Shown: positions 1-6,838, counted from the stretch's first letter. The stretch is DNA of 17,644 bases from Nanopusillaceae archaeon (GCA_049973735.1 JBMFJL010000007.1:1-17644), one strand, 5' to 3'. Made by a program: numbers and translations. The notes: generated by a model not told the origin, from the letters alone.

Positions 1-1
1 T

Positions 2-274
2 GATGAAATAGGTGTAAGTGAAATTGCATATATATTGGGGTTAATGGACTTTGTAGGAGAATTGTATAGAAAATCTATAGAAGAAATGCTAAAAAACAAT
101 ATAGAATTTGCAGAAAATGCAAGAAACATAATATACGAAATATACAAAAACATGTTGTATATGGAATTTAAGAATTATGATCTTAGGAGAAAAGTAGATT
201 ATGTTGGAGATATATATAATCTATTAACTGATAAATTATTTATAAGAAAAACATTTAGAAACCAAAAGACATAG
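2..274 (+). CDS. Translin-family (COG2178-like) nucleic-acid-binding protein, C-terminal part; the 5' end lies outside the window
   Basis: Frame 2 is open from nt 2 (DEIGVSEIAYILGLMDFVGELYRK...), so the TTG at 35 in the ORF track is probably not the true start. The GLxDxxGELxR-type motif plus helical tail resembles archaeal translin-like proteins. Assigned from remembered family motif only. Confidence 0.5.
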   Translation, partial: DEIGVSEIAYILGLMDFVGELYRKSIEEMLKNNIEFAENARNIIYEIYKNMLYMEFKNYDLRRKVDYVGDIYNLLTDKLFIRKTFRNQKT

Positions 275-1358
275 CTATGTTGTAGAAGATAAGCAATGTT
301 ATTAATATGGATATAATTGTTAATATACTCATTCTTCTTTTTTTATTCAAAAATCTCTGCAATATACCATCAACAGTTCTACCCCCATCTAATGGATATA
401 TTGGTAACATGTTGGCAATTCCAAGACCTATATTTACAACAAAGATCCAAAACAGTAAAGAAGATATAAAAGGTATTATTTCATTTTCATAATTCTGTGT
501 AACCAATATTCCTATCAATTTTCCTCCACTATAATTTGATATTGGTATTGTATAAACACCAGAGCTAGTATATAATGTTATATTTTCTCCAATAGAATAA
601 TTACTTATCGCTTCTGATATTTGATATGTAAAATGTATTGGATAACCATTTATTGAATACAATATAGTATTATTTGGAATTACATTGTATGCTGAAGTAT
701 TTGGTATTGTACCAACAATCTCAACATATGGATTTCCTAAGTTATAGGAATAAACAATGTGGGAAAAGAGAACAAATAATAAAAAGGCTATAAAACCAGC
801 TATAATATTCATTGTAGATCCTGCAGAAAATATCTTTATTTTTTCTTTCCAATTTAGATTTTCTATTTCTTTTTCATCTGGTTCTACAAATGCACCAATC
901 AGAGGACCGAAGTAAAAGAAGCCCCAAGACTTTAATTTAAGATTATTTTTGTAAACTAATATTCCATGAGCAATTTCATGTATAAATGCTCCAATAAATA
1001 TTGCAATTATAGTTTCAAATATTGGTAATGTTATAGGACCGTAGGATATTCCTGGAATTGCTAAAGCATATGTTGGTGTTTTTGTAGATATACCATAAAA
1101 TAATAAAAATAGGGATGCAAATATTAAGATAAAAGAAAAAACAAATGATAAAATAGAAAATATCTTAACAAATCTAGATTTTGATAATTTTTCAATTATC
1201 CAAATACCTTTTTGAGTTCTGAGTATTCCATAAGCGACTTTATAATCTACATTTTGTTTTAAATAAAATTTTATGAATAGAAATAATAAATTTAAAGATA
1301 AAAATAAAATAAATAAAACAAAAATACTTGAAAAACTTATATATGGCTGATAGCTCAT
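255..1358 (-). CDS. Site-2 protease, peptidase family M50 (RseP-like intramembrane zinc metalloprotease with a central PDZ-like insert)
   Basis: Multi-pass hydrophobic protein with HExxH (FIHEIAHGI) and the second M50 hallmark NxxPxxPLDGG (NMLPIYPLDGG). ATG start at 1356-1358. Confidence 0.85.
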   Translation of the reverse strand: MSYQPYISFSSIFVLFILFLSLNLLFLFIKFYLKQNVDYKVAYGILRTQKGIWIIEKLSKSRFVKIFSILSFVFSFILIFASLFLLFYGISTKTPTYALAIPGISYGPITLPIFETIIAIFIGAFIHEIAHGILVYKNNLKLKSWGFFYFGPLIGAFVEPDEKEIENLNWKEKIKIFSAGSTMNIIAGFIAFLLFVLFSHIVYSYNLGNPYVEIVGTIPNTSAYNVIPNNTILYSINGYPIHFTYQISEAISNYSIGENITLYTSSGVYTIPISNYSGGKLIGILVTQNYENEIIPFISSLLFWIFVVNIGLGIANMLPIYPLDGGRTVDGILQRFLNKKRRMSILTIISILITLLIFYNIAMSFGF

Positions 1359-1552
1359 TTAGTAGTTTTGGAAGCAACTAGTACTATCTCTGACTTCTTT
1401 GGTCTTAGTGCTTTTGATTTGCATTTTCTACATCTAACTAGACCAGCCCTAACTTTATTAGGATCTGCTCTAATCCTTGCTCCACATTTTCTACATATAA
1501 ATATCCTATCAAATTTTCTAGCTTTTAACTCGGGAAATAACGAGGTTGCCAT
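1355..1552 (-). CDS. rpl40e: 50S ribosomal protein L40e
   Basis: FPELKARKFDRIFICRKCGARIRA...CRKCKSKALRPKK matches the archaeal L40e pattern (FPEA..R.F...IC.RC.AR....C.KC....LRPKK). Zinc-ribbon CxxC...CxxC. 4-nt ATGA overlap with the downstream M50 gene. Confidence 0.85.
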   Translation of the reverse strand: MATSLFPELKARKFDRIFICRKCGARIRADPNKVRAGLVRCRKCKSKALRPKKSEIVLVASKTTK

Positions 1553-1578
1553 AATAGATAATTAATCTATAATAAATT

Positions 1579-2109
1579 TTATAACAGTTTATACTCTGCA
1601 ATATTTCTATATATAGGACCCTCCCATCTGAGTATACTCTGCTTCAGATAAAACTTATCTACCAATATATTATCTAAAGAGAATTTTTCAATTTCTTTTA
1701 AACTATCTTCAAAATCTTTCTTATTTATTATTTGTTTAATTCTATACAAAGTTATGTGTGGGTGAAAATTAAAATCTCTTTCTATTTTAAACTTTAATAA
1801 TTTCTCTTCTATTATATTATGAAGATTTACTATATCTTGATATCCTCTACTTATTCCTAACCAAAGCACCCTATTTCCAAATAAACCTACTCCAGATATT
1901 TTTATATAAAACTTATTGTAATTGACGAATTTTAACTCTTCTTTTATTTCATTAACGATATTATCATCTATTTCACCAATAAACTTTAATGTAATGTGTA
2001 AATTTTCTTCTTCAACTCTTTTACCATCTATCGATCTAACCTTTTTAGCTACTTCAATGATTCTTCTTTTTACTTCATCTGGAAAATCTATTGCAATAAA
2101 TATCCTCAT
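1579..2109 (-). CDS. thpR: 2H phosphoesterase: RNA 2',3'-cyclic phosphodiesterase / 2'-5' RNA ligase (LigT/ThpR family)
   Basis: Two HxT/S motifs in the typical spacing (LHITLKF and HPHITLYR). I prefer the ATG at 2107-2109 (MRIFIAIDFP...) over the TTG at 2113-2115 used in the ORF track. Confidence 0.85.
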   Translation of the reverse strand: MRIFIAIDFPDEVKRRIIEVAKKVRSIDGKRVEEENLHITLKFIGEIDDNIVNEIKEELKFVNYNKFYIKISGVGLFGNRVLWLGISRGYQDIVNLHNIIEEKLLKFKIERDFNFHPHITLYRIKQIINKKDFEDSLKEIEKFSLDNILVDKFYLKQSILRWEGPIYRNIAEYKLL

Positions 2110-2111
2110 TT

Positions 2112-2633
2112 TCAATAAATAAATATCAAAAATATATAAATTATCCAGAATATATATGATAGCACTATTTGGGCATTTCTATTCCTATTATTGCTTAAAA
2201 TTCCTATTTTAAATTGATAATCTTTTATTGGATAAAGAGGATAAATTCCAGAAACTGTAAAAGAATCTTCAAAAATATGTAGTAAAAATGCTATAGAAAA
2301 TAGGTAAAATAAATGTATAGTAAAGAATCCTAGAATAAAAAATATTAATATTGGGAATATCGAATGTGTAAATCCTCTATGTTTGAATAAATTGACTAAA
2401 ATCCATAAAAATAAATAGTAAGGATATATTAAATATTTTATTTTTTTGTTTTCTAAATATTTATATTGTTTGTAAGCCCAGTTATAAATATTGTAGTCTA
2501 TATCTGGGAGTACGGAAATAAAACCGATAATCAATGATAATATTATTGATGATAATTTATCGACTTTAAATATATAAATAAATATTAAGTAAGCTAATAA
2601 TGTGCTCATAGCTTGGTGCAATCTTTTTATCAT
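2112..2633 (-). CDS. Membrane-bound metal-dependent hydrolase, YdjM/DUF457-like
   Basis: About 5 hydrophobic helices, with LPDIDY and HRGFTHS motifs characteristic of the YdjM family (family recalled from memory). Confidence 0.65.
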   Translation of the reverse strand: MIKRLHQAMSTLLAYLIFIYIFKVDKLSSIILSLIIGFISVLPDIDYNIYNWAYKQYKYLENKKIKYLIYPYYLFLWILVNLFKHRGFTHSIFPILIFFILGFFTIHLFYLFSIAFLLHIFEDSFTVSGIYPLYPIKDYQFKIGILSNNRNRNAQIVLSYIFWIIYIFLIFIY

Positions 2634-2668
2634 AAATTTATTAATTGTCGGAAATTATATTTATTTTT

Positions 2669-3031
2669 ATGGATGAGATATATTATGATAAAATAATAAA
2701 AGAGTTGTTAAATTTTGATGAATACAAAAAAAGAATAGAGGATACTATAAATAAAATGGAGGAAATTAAAAAGGATTTTGAAAAAATAAATGAAAATATA
2801 AAATTGTTTGAACAAAGAAATAAAGAAATAATAGATAAAATAATAAATATAGAAAATAAATATAAAGAAATAGAAACTAAGATAAATAATTTATATAGTG
2901 TTGTAGCTGAATTGGAAAAGAAAATATCAGAATTAAATAAGAAAATAGAAGAAGAATTCATAAATGAAAAAATAGAAAATTATAGATATAAAATGTTATT
3001 AGAGAGATTAAAAGAACTTAACAATGTATAA
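2669..3031 (+). CDS. Hypothetical K/E/I-rich coiled-coil protein
   Basis: Continuous heptad-like K/E/I/N sequence with no recognisable catalytic motif. ATG at 2669 preferred. The ORF track's TTG at 2645 would leave only 11 nt to the divergent neighbour. Confidence 0.55.
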   Translation: MDEIYYDKIIKELLNFDEYKKRIEDTINKMEEIKKDFEKINENIKLFEQRNKEIIDKIINIENKYKEIETKINNLYSVVAELEKKISELNKKIEEEFINEKIENYRYKMLLERLKELNNV

Positions 3032-3374
3032 GTTAGTAGTAGTTGTTAGAAAAGATCTGGATATTGGAAAGGGCAAATTATGTGTCCAAGTAGCTCATGC
3101 TGCAGTAGAGTGCGTATTACAACAATTAAAAAATAATAAAGACTTGGTAGATGCATGGAGAAGGGAAGGGGCTAAGAAGATAGTTTTATATGTAGAAAAT
3201 TTAGAAAAATTATTGGATATATATCAAAAAGCTATAAAAGATGGTTTAAATTCTGTTTTGATATCTGATGCAGGTCTTACACAATTGGAACCAGGTACTA
3301 TAACATGTGTAGGAATAGGTCCGGATGAGGAGGATAAAATTGATAAGATAACAGGAACATTAAAATTATTATGA
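3024..3374 (+). CDS. pth2: Peptidyl-tRNA hydrolase, archaeal/eukaryotic type (Pth2)
   Basis: KLVVVVRKDLDIGKGKLCVQVAHAAV...GAKKIVLYV...SDAGLTQLEPGTITCVGIGP is the Pth2 signature over the full ~115 aa length. Confidence 0.9.
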   Translation: MYKLVVVVRKDLDIGKGKLCVQVAHAAVECVLQQLKNNKDLVDAWRREGAKKIVLYVENLEKLLDIYQKAIKDGLNSVLISDAGLTQLEPGTITCVGIGPDEEDKIDKITGTLKLL

Positions 3375-3721
3375 GTGAAACATTGGAAGATAGGTGGAGT
3401 GTTGATGTGGAAGAAAGTTTTGATGTAGATAGTTTGAAATATGAGAAAAAATTCATAATAAAGATAAAAAATCATTCTCCATATGTAAGAAGATTTGAAG
3501 TTGGTACTAAATATGCATATTTTAAAGATCAAGCAACCTCTTTAAGATTTAGATTATATTATAATCTAATAACTCCTGTATTAATATCCATAGATAAATA
3601 TAGAAAAGAAAATATAGAAGTGTTAATACCAAAAGCAAATTATTCTGTTGGAGATTATATTTTGATTTATGTAAAGAATCTAGATAAGAAAGAAGAAATG
3701 GATGTAAAATTATATGTATAA
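3371..3721 (+). CDS. Hypothetical protein (beta-rich, no recognisable motif)
   Basis: 116-aa ORF overlapped on both sides (ATGA with pth2, 8-nt ATGTATAA with rpp21). Its composition is typical of this genome's coding sequence. No family recognised. Confidence 0.55.
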   Translation: MSETLEDRWSVDVEESFDVDSLKYEKKFIIKIKNHSPYVRRFEVGTKYAYFKDQATSLRFRLYYNLITPVLISIDKYRKENIEVLIPKANYSVGDYILIYVKNLDKKEEMDVKLYV

Positions 3722-4166
3722 AAGAATAGCATTAAAGAGAATTAGATATTTATACAAGAAAGCTATAGAGAATTTAGACAATATAGAGATTTCTAGAAGA
3801 TATATTTATATTTTATGGAAAATAAAAAATAAAGCTAGAATAAGATTGCCAAAAGATTTAAGAAATAAATTCTGCAAAAAATGTTATACTCCCTGGGTTG
3901 TTGGAAAGACCTTACAAGTAAGAGTAAGGAAAGGTAGAATTATATATAAATGTTTATATTGTGGCAATGTTAAAAGGTTCATAATAAGAAAAAATTTAAA
4001 AGATATTTATATTAATGATATGACTAAGGGCGGCCAAAGTGGCCGGGAAACACCCGTTCCCATTTCGAACACGGAAGTTAAGCCGGCCCACGTCCGTGCG
4101 AGTACTGGCGAAGGCCGGGAAAGCACGGAAGCCGCCCACCCTAAATCACAGCAAATGGAACTATAA
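3714..4166 (+). CDS. rnp4: RNase P protein component 4 (Rpp21/Rpr2 family). The ORF continues through the 5S rRNA gene before reaching a stop
   Basis: N-terminal helices (RIALKRIRYLYKKAIE...SRRYIYILWKIKNKARIRLPKDLRNKFCKKC) plus a zinc ribbon CKKC...CLYCG match Rpp21. The homologous part ends near nt 4020. The remaining ~47 codons (GGQSGRETPVPISNTEVKPAHVRAS...) are 5S rDNA read in frame. Confidence 0.85.
   Translation: MYKRIALKRIRYLYKKAIENLDNIEISRRYIYILWKIKNKARIRLPKDLRNKFCKKCYTPWVVGKTLQVRVRKGRIIYKCLYCGNVKRFIIRKNLKDIYINDMTKGGQSGRETPVPISNTEVKPAHVRASTGEGRESTEAAHPKSQQMEL
4026..4141 (+). rRNA. rrf: 5S ribosomal RNA
   Basis: GC-rich island in AT-rich DNA. It contains the conserved 5S core CCCGUUCCCAUUUCGAACACGGAAGUUAAGCC. 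Helix I is GGGCGGC (4028-4034) paired with GCCGCCC (4131-4137), and helix IV/V is CCGUGC paired with GCACGG. Ends are accurate to +/- 3 nt. Confidence 0.92.
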
Positions 4167-4200
4167 TTTCTTACATCTATTATATTGATCTTTATATATC

Positions 4201-4250
4201 TCAGGCAGCCCGTCATTCATCACTCCATCAGATTTTTGGTCCATCATCAT
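4201..4250 (-). ncRNA. C/D-box sRNA (2'-O-methylation guide RNA)
   Basis: The minus strand reads AUGAUGA(C)-UGGACCAAAAAU-CUGA(D')-UGGA-GUGAUGA(C')-AUGACGGGCUGC-CUGA(D). All four boxes are consensus and both guide spacers are exactly 12 nt, giving a 50-nt core, the archetypal archaeal architecture. It lies in the 93-nt gap between the rpp21/5S ORF stop at 4166 and rps17. Confidence 0.88.
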
Positions 4251-4259
4251 ATACATTAA

Positions 4260-4631
4260 ATGATTTTTAAACCTATTTATAACTTAATAGATAACATGGA
4301 TAAAACCACTTATGTTAAAGACATAGGTATAGAAGGGGTAAAGGCTCCGGAGAATACATGTAATGATAAGAAGTGTCCATGGCATGGTGAGGTTAGAATA
4401 AGGGGATTTATCTTTGAAGGATATGTAGAGAGGGTAAAACACGGAATAGCAAGAATAATAATTAAAAGATATCATTATCACCAGAAATATGAGAGATATG
4501 AAATAAGAATTTCAAAGATAAAGGCACATGTACCAAAATGTTTAGATATTAAACCAGGAGATAGAGTATTGATTGGGGAAACAAGGCCTTTATCTAAAAC
4601 AATACACTTTGTTGTCGTAAACAAAATATGA
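4260..4631 (+). CDS. rps17: 30S ribosomal protein S17 (uS17)
   Basis: DIGIEGVKAPENTCNDKKCPWHGEVRIRG...KYERYEIRISKIKAHVPKC...GDRVLIGETRPLSKTIHFVVV is archaeal S17. Comparison with other archaeal S17 N-termini favours the internal ATG at 4296 (MDKTTYVKDIG...). 4260 is the maximal ORF. Confidence 0.9.
   Translation: MIFKPIYNLIDNMDKTTYVKDIGIEGVKAPENTCNDKKCPWHGEVRIRGFIFEGYVERVKHGIARIIIKRYHYHQKYERYEIRISKIKAHVPKCLDIKPGDRVLIGETRPLSKTIHFVVVNKI
4274..4282 (-). promoter_or_regulatory. TATA-like box (TTATAAATA on the minus strand) positioned for the C/D sRNA
   Basis: Its centre is ~28 nt upstream of the first C-box nucleotide (4250), the usual archaeal TATA-to-start distance. Specificity is low because the genome is AT-rich. 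Confidence 0.4.
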
Positions 4632-5029
4632 AACCAATATCTTCAAAAGTAACTAAAGGAATAACAGTAGGAACTATTTTAAAGGTAGCAGATAATTCTA
4701 AGGCAAAATTAGCTAAAGTGATAGCTGTATACAAATATAGAGGTGTAAAGAGAAGATATGCAAGAGCAGGTGTTGCAGATTTGGTCATAGTTTCTATAGT
4801 TGATGGAGATTTGTCTTTAGTAGGAAAGGTAATGAAAGCAGTAATAATAAGGCAAAGAAAAGAGTATAGAAGAAAAGATGGAACAAGAATAAAATTTGAG
4901 GATAATGCATGTGTAATAGTGAAGGATGAGAAGGGAACACCAGCAGGTACAATAATAAGAGGACCAGTGGCTAGAGAAGTTGCTGAAAGATGGCCCGAAT
5001 TATCTAAGATTGCAAGTATAATTATATAA
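4628..5029 (+). CDS. rpl14: 50S ribosomal protein L14 (uL14)
   Basis: LKVADNSKAK...RQRKEYRRKDGTRIKFEDNACVIV...GPVAREV matches L14. ATGA overlap with rps17. Confidence 0.92.
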   Translation: MKPISSKVTKGITVGTILKVADNSKAKLAKVIAVYKYRGVKRRYARAGVADLVIVSIVDGDLSLVGKVMKAVIIRQRKEYRRKDGTRIKFEDNACVIVKDEKGTPAGTIIRGPVAREVAERWPELSKIASIII

Positions 5030-5541
5030 TGGTACTAAACATAAAAAATATTGATTATAATGATTGGAGTTCTTCATGGAAAAGATCGAAGCAACCAAGA
5101 AAACAAAGAAAATATATAATAAATGCTCCTTTGCATATTAGAGGCAAACTAATGTCTTCAATGTTATCAAAAGATATTAAAAATTTAATAAAAATTAACT
5201 CATTACCATTAAGAGTTGGAGATTATGTTAAAATATTGAGGGGAAAATTCAAGAATGTAGAGGGATTTGTTGTATATGTTGATAGAAAGAAATATAAAGT
5301 ATATATCGATAATGCAAAATATGTAAATAAGGCGGGAAAAGAAGTTTATAGACCAATTCATGCTTCTAAATTATTAATATTGAGATTAAATCTAAAAGAT
5401 AAAGAGAGAATTGAAATGATAAAAAGAAAAATGAAAAGTAAAAATGTACCAGAAGAAAAAATAAATGAGCTTATTAATAATTTTTCTGTAAAGGATGAAG
5501 AATTGGCCAAAGTTATGGAAATAAATGAAAAATTCAAATAA
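5029..5541 (+). CDS. rpl24: 50S ribosomal protein L24 (uL24) with N- and C-terminal extensions
   Basis: SKQPRKQRKYIINAPLHIRGKLMSSMLSKD...LRVGDYVKILRGKFKNVEGFVVYVD is the archaeal L24/KOW core. A K/E-rich tail of ~45 aa follows it. Confidence 0.88.
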   Translation: MVLNIKNIDYNDWSSSWKRSKQPRKQRKYIINAPLHIRGKLMSSMLSKDIKNLIKINSLPLRVGDYVKILRGKFKNVEGFVVYVDRKKYKVYIDNAKYVNKAGKEVYRPIHASKLLILRLNLKDKERIEMIKRKMKSKNVPEEKINELINNFSVKDEELAKVMEINEKFK

Positions 5542-5579
5542 AGAATAATTTAAAAAAGGTTTCTTAGATCATAAATAAA

Positions 5580-6311
5580 ATGGCTCATGTTTCAAACAAA
5601 AGACATATAAGATCTATATCTGCACCAAAGACATGGCCAATAAGTAGAAAGGAAAAATATTGGATTATTAGACCAAGAACTGTTGGTTATAAATTTGAAT
5701 ATTCAATGCCAATATTGTTATGGATTAGGGATTATCTAAAATTGGTAAGAACAAGAAGGGAAGCTGTCTATGCATTAAAAAATGGTAAAATACTGGTAAA
5801 TAATAAAGTAATAAGAGATCCTGCTTATTCTGTTGGTTTATTTGATGTAATATCTATACCAGATCTAAACAAAAATTATAGAGTTGTTTTTTCAAATAAT
5901 CTAAAATTAAAATTAATAGAAATACAAGAACAGGAAAAAGATTTAAAGATAATAAGAATAGTAAGGAAAAATTTAGTAAAAGGTGGAAAAATACAAGTTA
6001 CAGGATTGGATGGATCAAATTTCTTATTTGATAACAATGAAATAAATACTGGAGACAGTATATTATATAACACTAAAGAAAATAAAATAGAAAAGATATT
6101 GAAAATGAAAGAAGGAAACATTATATATATTTATTATGGTGCAAAAGTTGGAAGAGTAGGAAGATTAAAATCTATAAAGATAATGAAAAAGACATTCGGA
6201 AATAATAGATTCATAGAATATTTAAATATAGATACTAATAAAGTTGAGGAAACTATATGGGAATATTCTATAGTAATAGGCGAAGACAAACCATTAATTA
6301 CAGTAAGATGA
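5580..6311 (+). CDS. rps4e: 30S ribosomal protein S4e (eS4)
   Basis: KRHIRSISAPKTWPISRKEKYWIIRP...REAVYALKNGKILVNNKVIRDPAYSVGLFDVISIP is the S4e N-terminal/S4 domain pattern. Length is 243 aa. Confidence 0.92.
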   Translation: MAHVSNKRHIRSISAPKTWPISRKEKYWIIRPRTVGYKFEYSMPILLWIRDYLKLVRTRREAVYALKNGKILVNNKVIRDPAYSVGLFDVISIPDLNKNYRVVFSNNLKLKLIEIQEQEKDLKIIRIVRKNLVKGGKIQVTGLDGSNFLFDNNEINTGDSILYNTKENKIEKILKMKEGNIIYIYYGAKVGRVGRLKSIKIMKKTFGNNRFIEYLNIDTNKVEETIWEYSIVIGEDKPLITVR

Positions 6312-6838
6312 ACAAAAATATTAATAACCCAATGAGAAGAATTGTAATTGAAAAGGTAACAATAAATATAGGAGTAGGAAAGCCAGGAGAACCCTTAGAA
6401 AAAGCTGAAAAGTTATTGAAGAAAATGTTTCCGGATAGAAAACCGGTAAGAACAAAAGCAAAGAAAAGAGTACAGGCATGGGGTATAAGGCCAGGATTAG
6501 AAATAGGGGTAAAATTAACTATAAGAGGTAAAAAGGCAGAAGAGGTTTTAAGATGGTTATTGAAAGCGGTAAATAATACATTAAAGGAATCCCAATTTGA
6601 TCAATTTGGTAATTTTGGATTTGGTATAAAAGAATATGTATGGATACCAGGATTAAAATATGATCCTGAGATAGGTATACTTGGAATGGATGTAGTAGTA
6701 ACTGTAGCAAGACCAGGATATAGGGTAGAAAGAAGAAAAATTAGGGCAGCAAAGATACCTAGAAGGCATAAGACTACTAAAGAAGAGGTTATAGAATATC
6801 TAAAGAAAAATTTCGGCATAAATATAATAAAAGAATAA
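6308..6838 (+). CDS. rpl5: 50S ribosomal protein L5 (uL5)
   Basis: NPMRRIVIEKVTINIGVG...FGNFGFGIKEY...GMDVVVTVARPGYRV matches L5. The ATG at 6308 forms an ATGA overlap with the rps4e stop. The ORF-track start at 6257 is a non-ATG upstream extension. Confidence 0.9.
   Translation: MNKNINNPMRRIVIEKVTINIGVGKPGEPLEKAEKLLKKMFPDRKPVRTKAKKRVQAWGIRPGLEIGVKLTIRGKKAEEVLRWLLKAVNNTLKESQFDQFGNFGFGIKEYVWIPGLKYDPEIGILGMDVVVTVARPGYRVERRKIRAAKIPRRHKTTKEEVIEYLKKNFGINIIKE

Noticed and set aside
1-40. TGATGA at nt 1-6 and other isolated TGATGA/TCATCA words (e.g. near 2714, 8664, 11044, 12149, 14143, 14641, 16723) as further C/D sRNAs
   Set aside because: None is followed by CUGA at a 12-nt spacing or by a second C'/D pair, and all lie inside well-supported CDSs.
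2683-2961. 92-aa minus-strand ORF antisense to the coiled-coil gene, and similar antisense ORFs at 307-492, 1368-1565, 1922-2122, 3224-3532, 4284-4481, 4594-4788, 5876-6121, 6519-6988, 7204-7634, 7901-8128, 9510-9830, 12563-12778, 13197-13391, 16359-16574 and 17282-17530
   Set aside because: These are shadow ORFs opposite well-supported genes. They give F/L/S/I-rich low-complexity translations (the complement of K/E/N-rich codons). They show no motifs and no independent start context.
2740-3000. A-rich low-complexity DNA that looked like a possible tandem repeat or array
   Set aside because: I could find no exact repeat unit. The periodicity is the heptad K/E/I/N codon usage of a coiled-coil CDS in an AT-rich genome.
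4007-4216. 69-aa minus-strand ORF across the 5S/sRNA region
   Set aside because: It is entirely explained by GC-rich, stop-poor 5S rDNA and the C/D sRNA on the two strands. Its composition (G/P/A/W/R-rich) is unlike every real protein in this window.
6257-6307. Upstream extension of rpl5 (MGIFYSNRRRQTINYSK...)
   Set aside because: It has a non-ATG start wholly inside rps4e. The conserved L5 N-terminus begins right after the ATG at 6308, which forms the typical ATGA junction.
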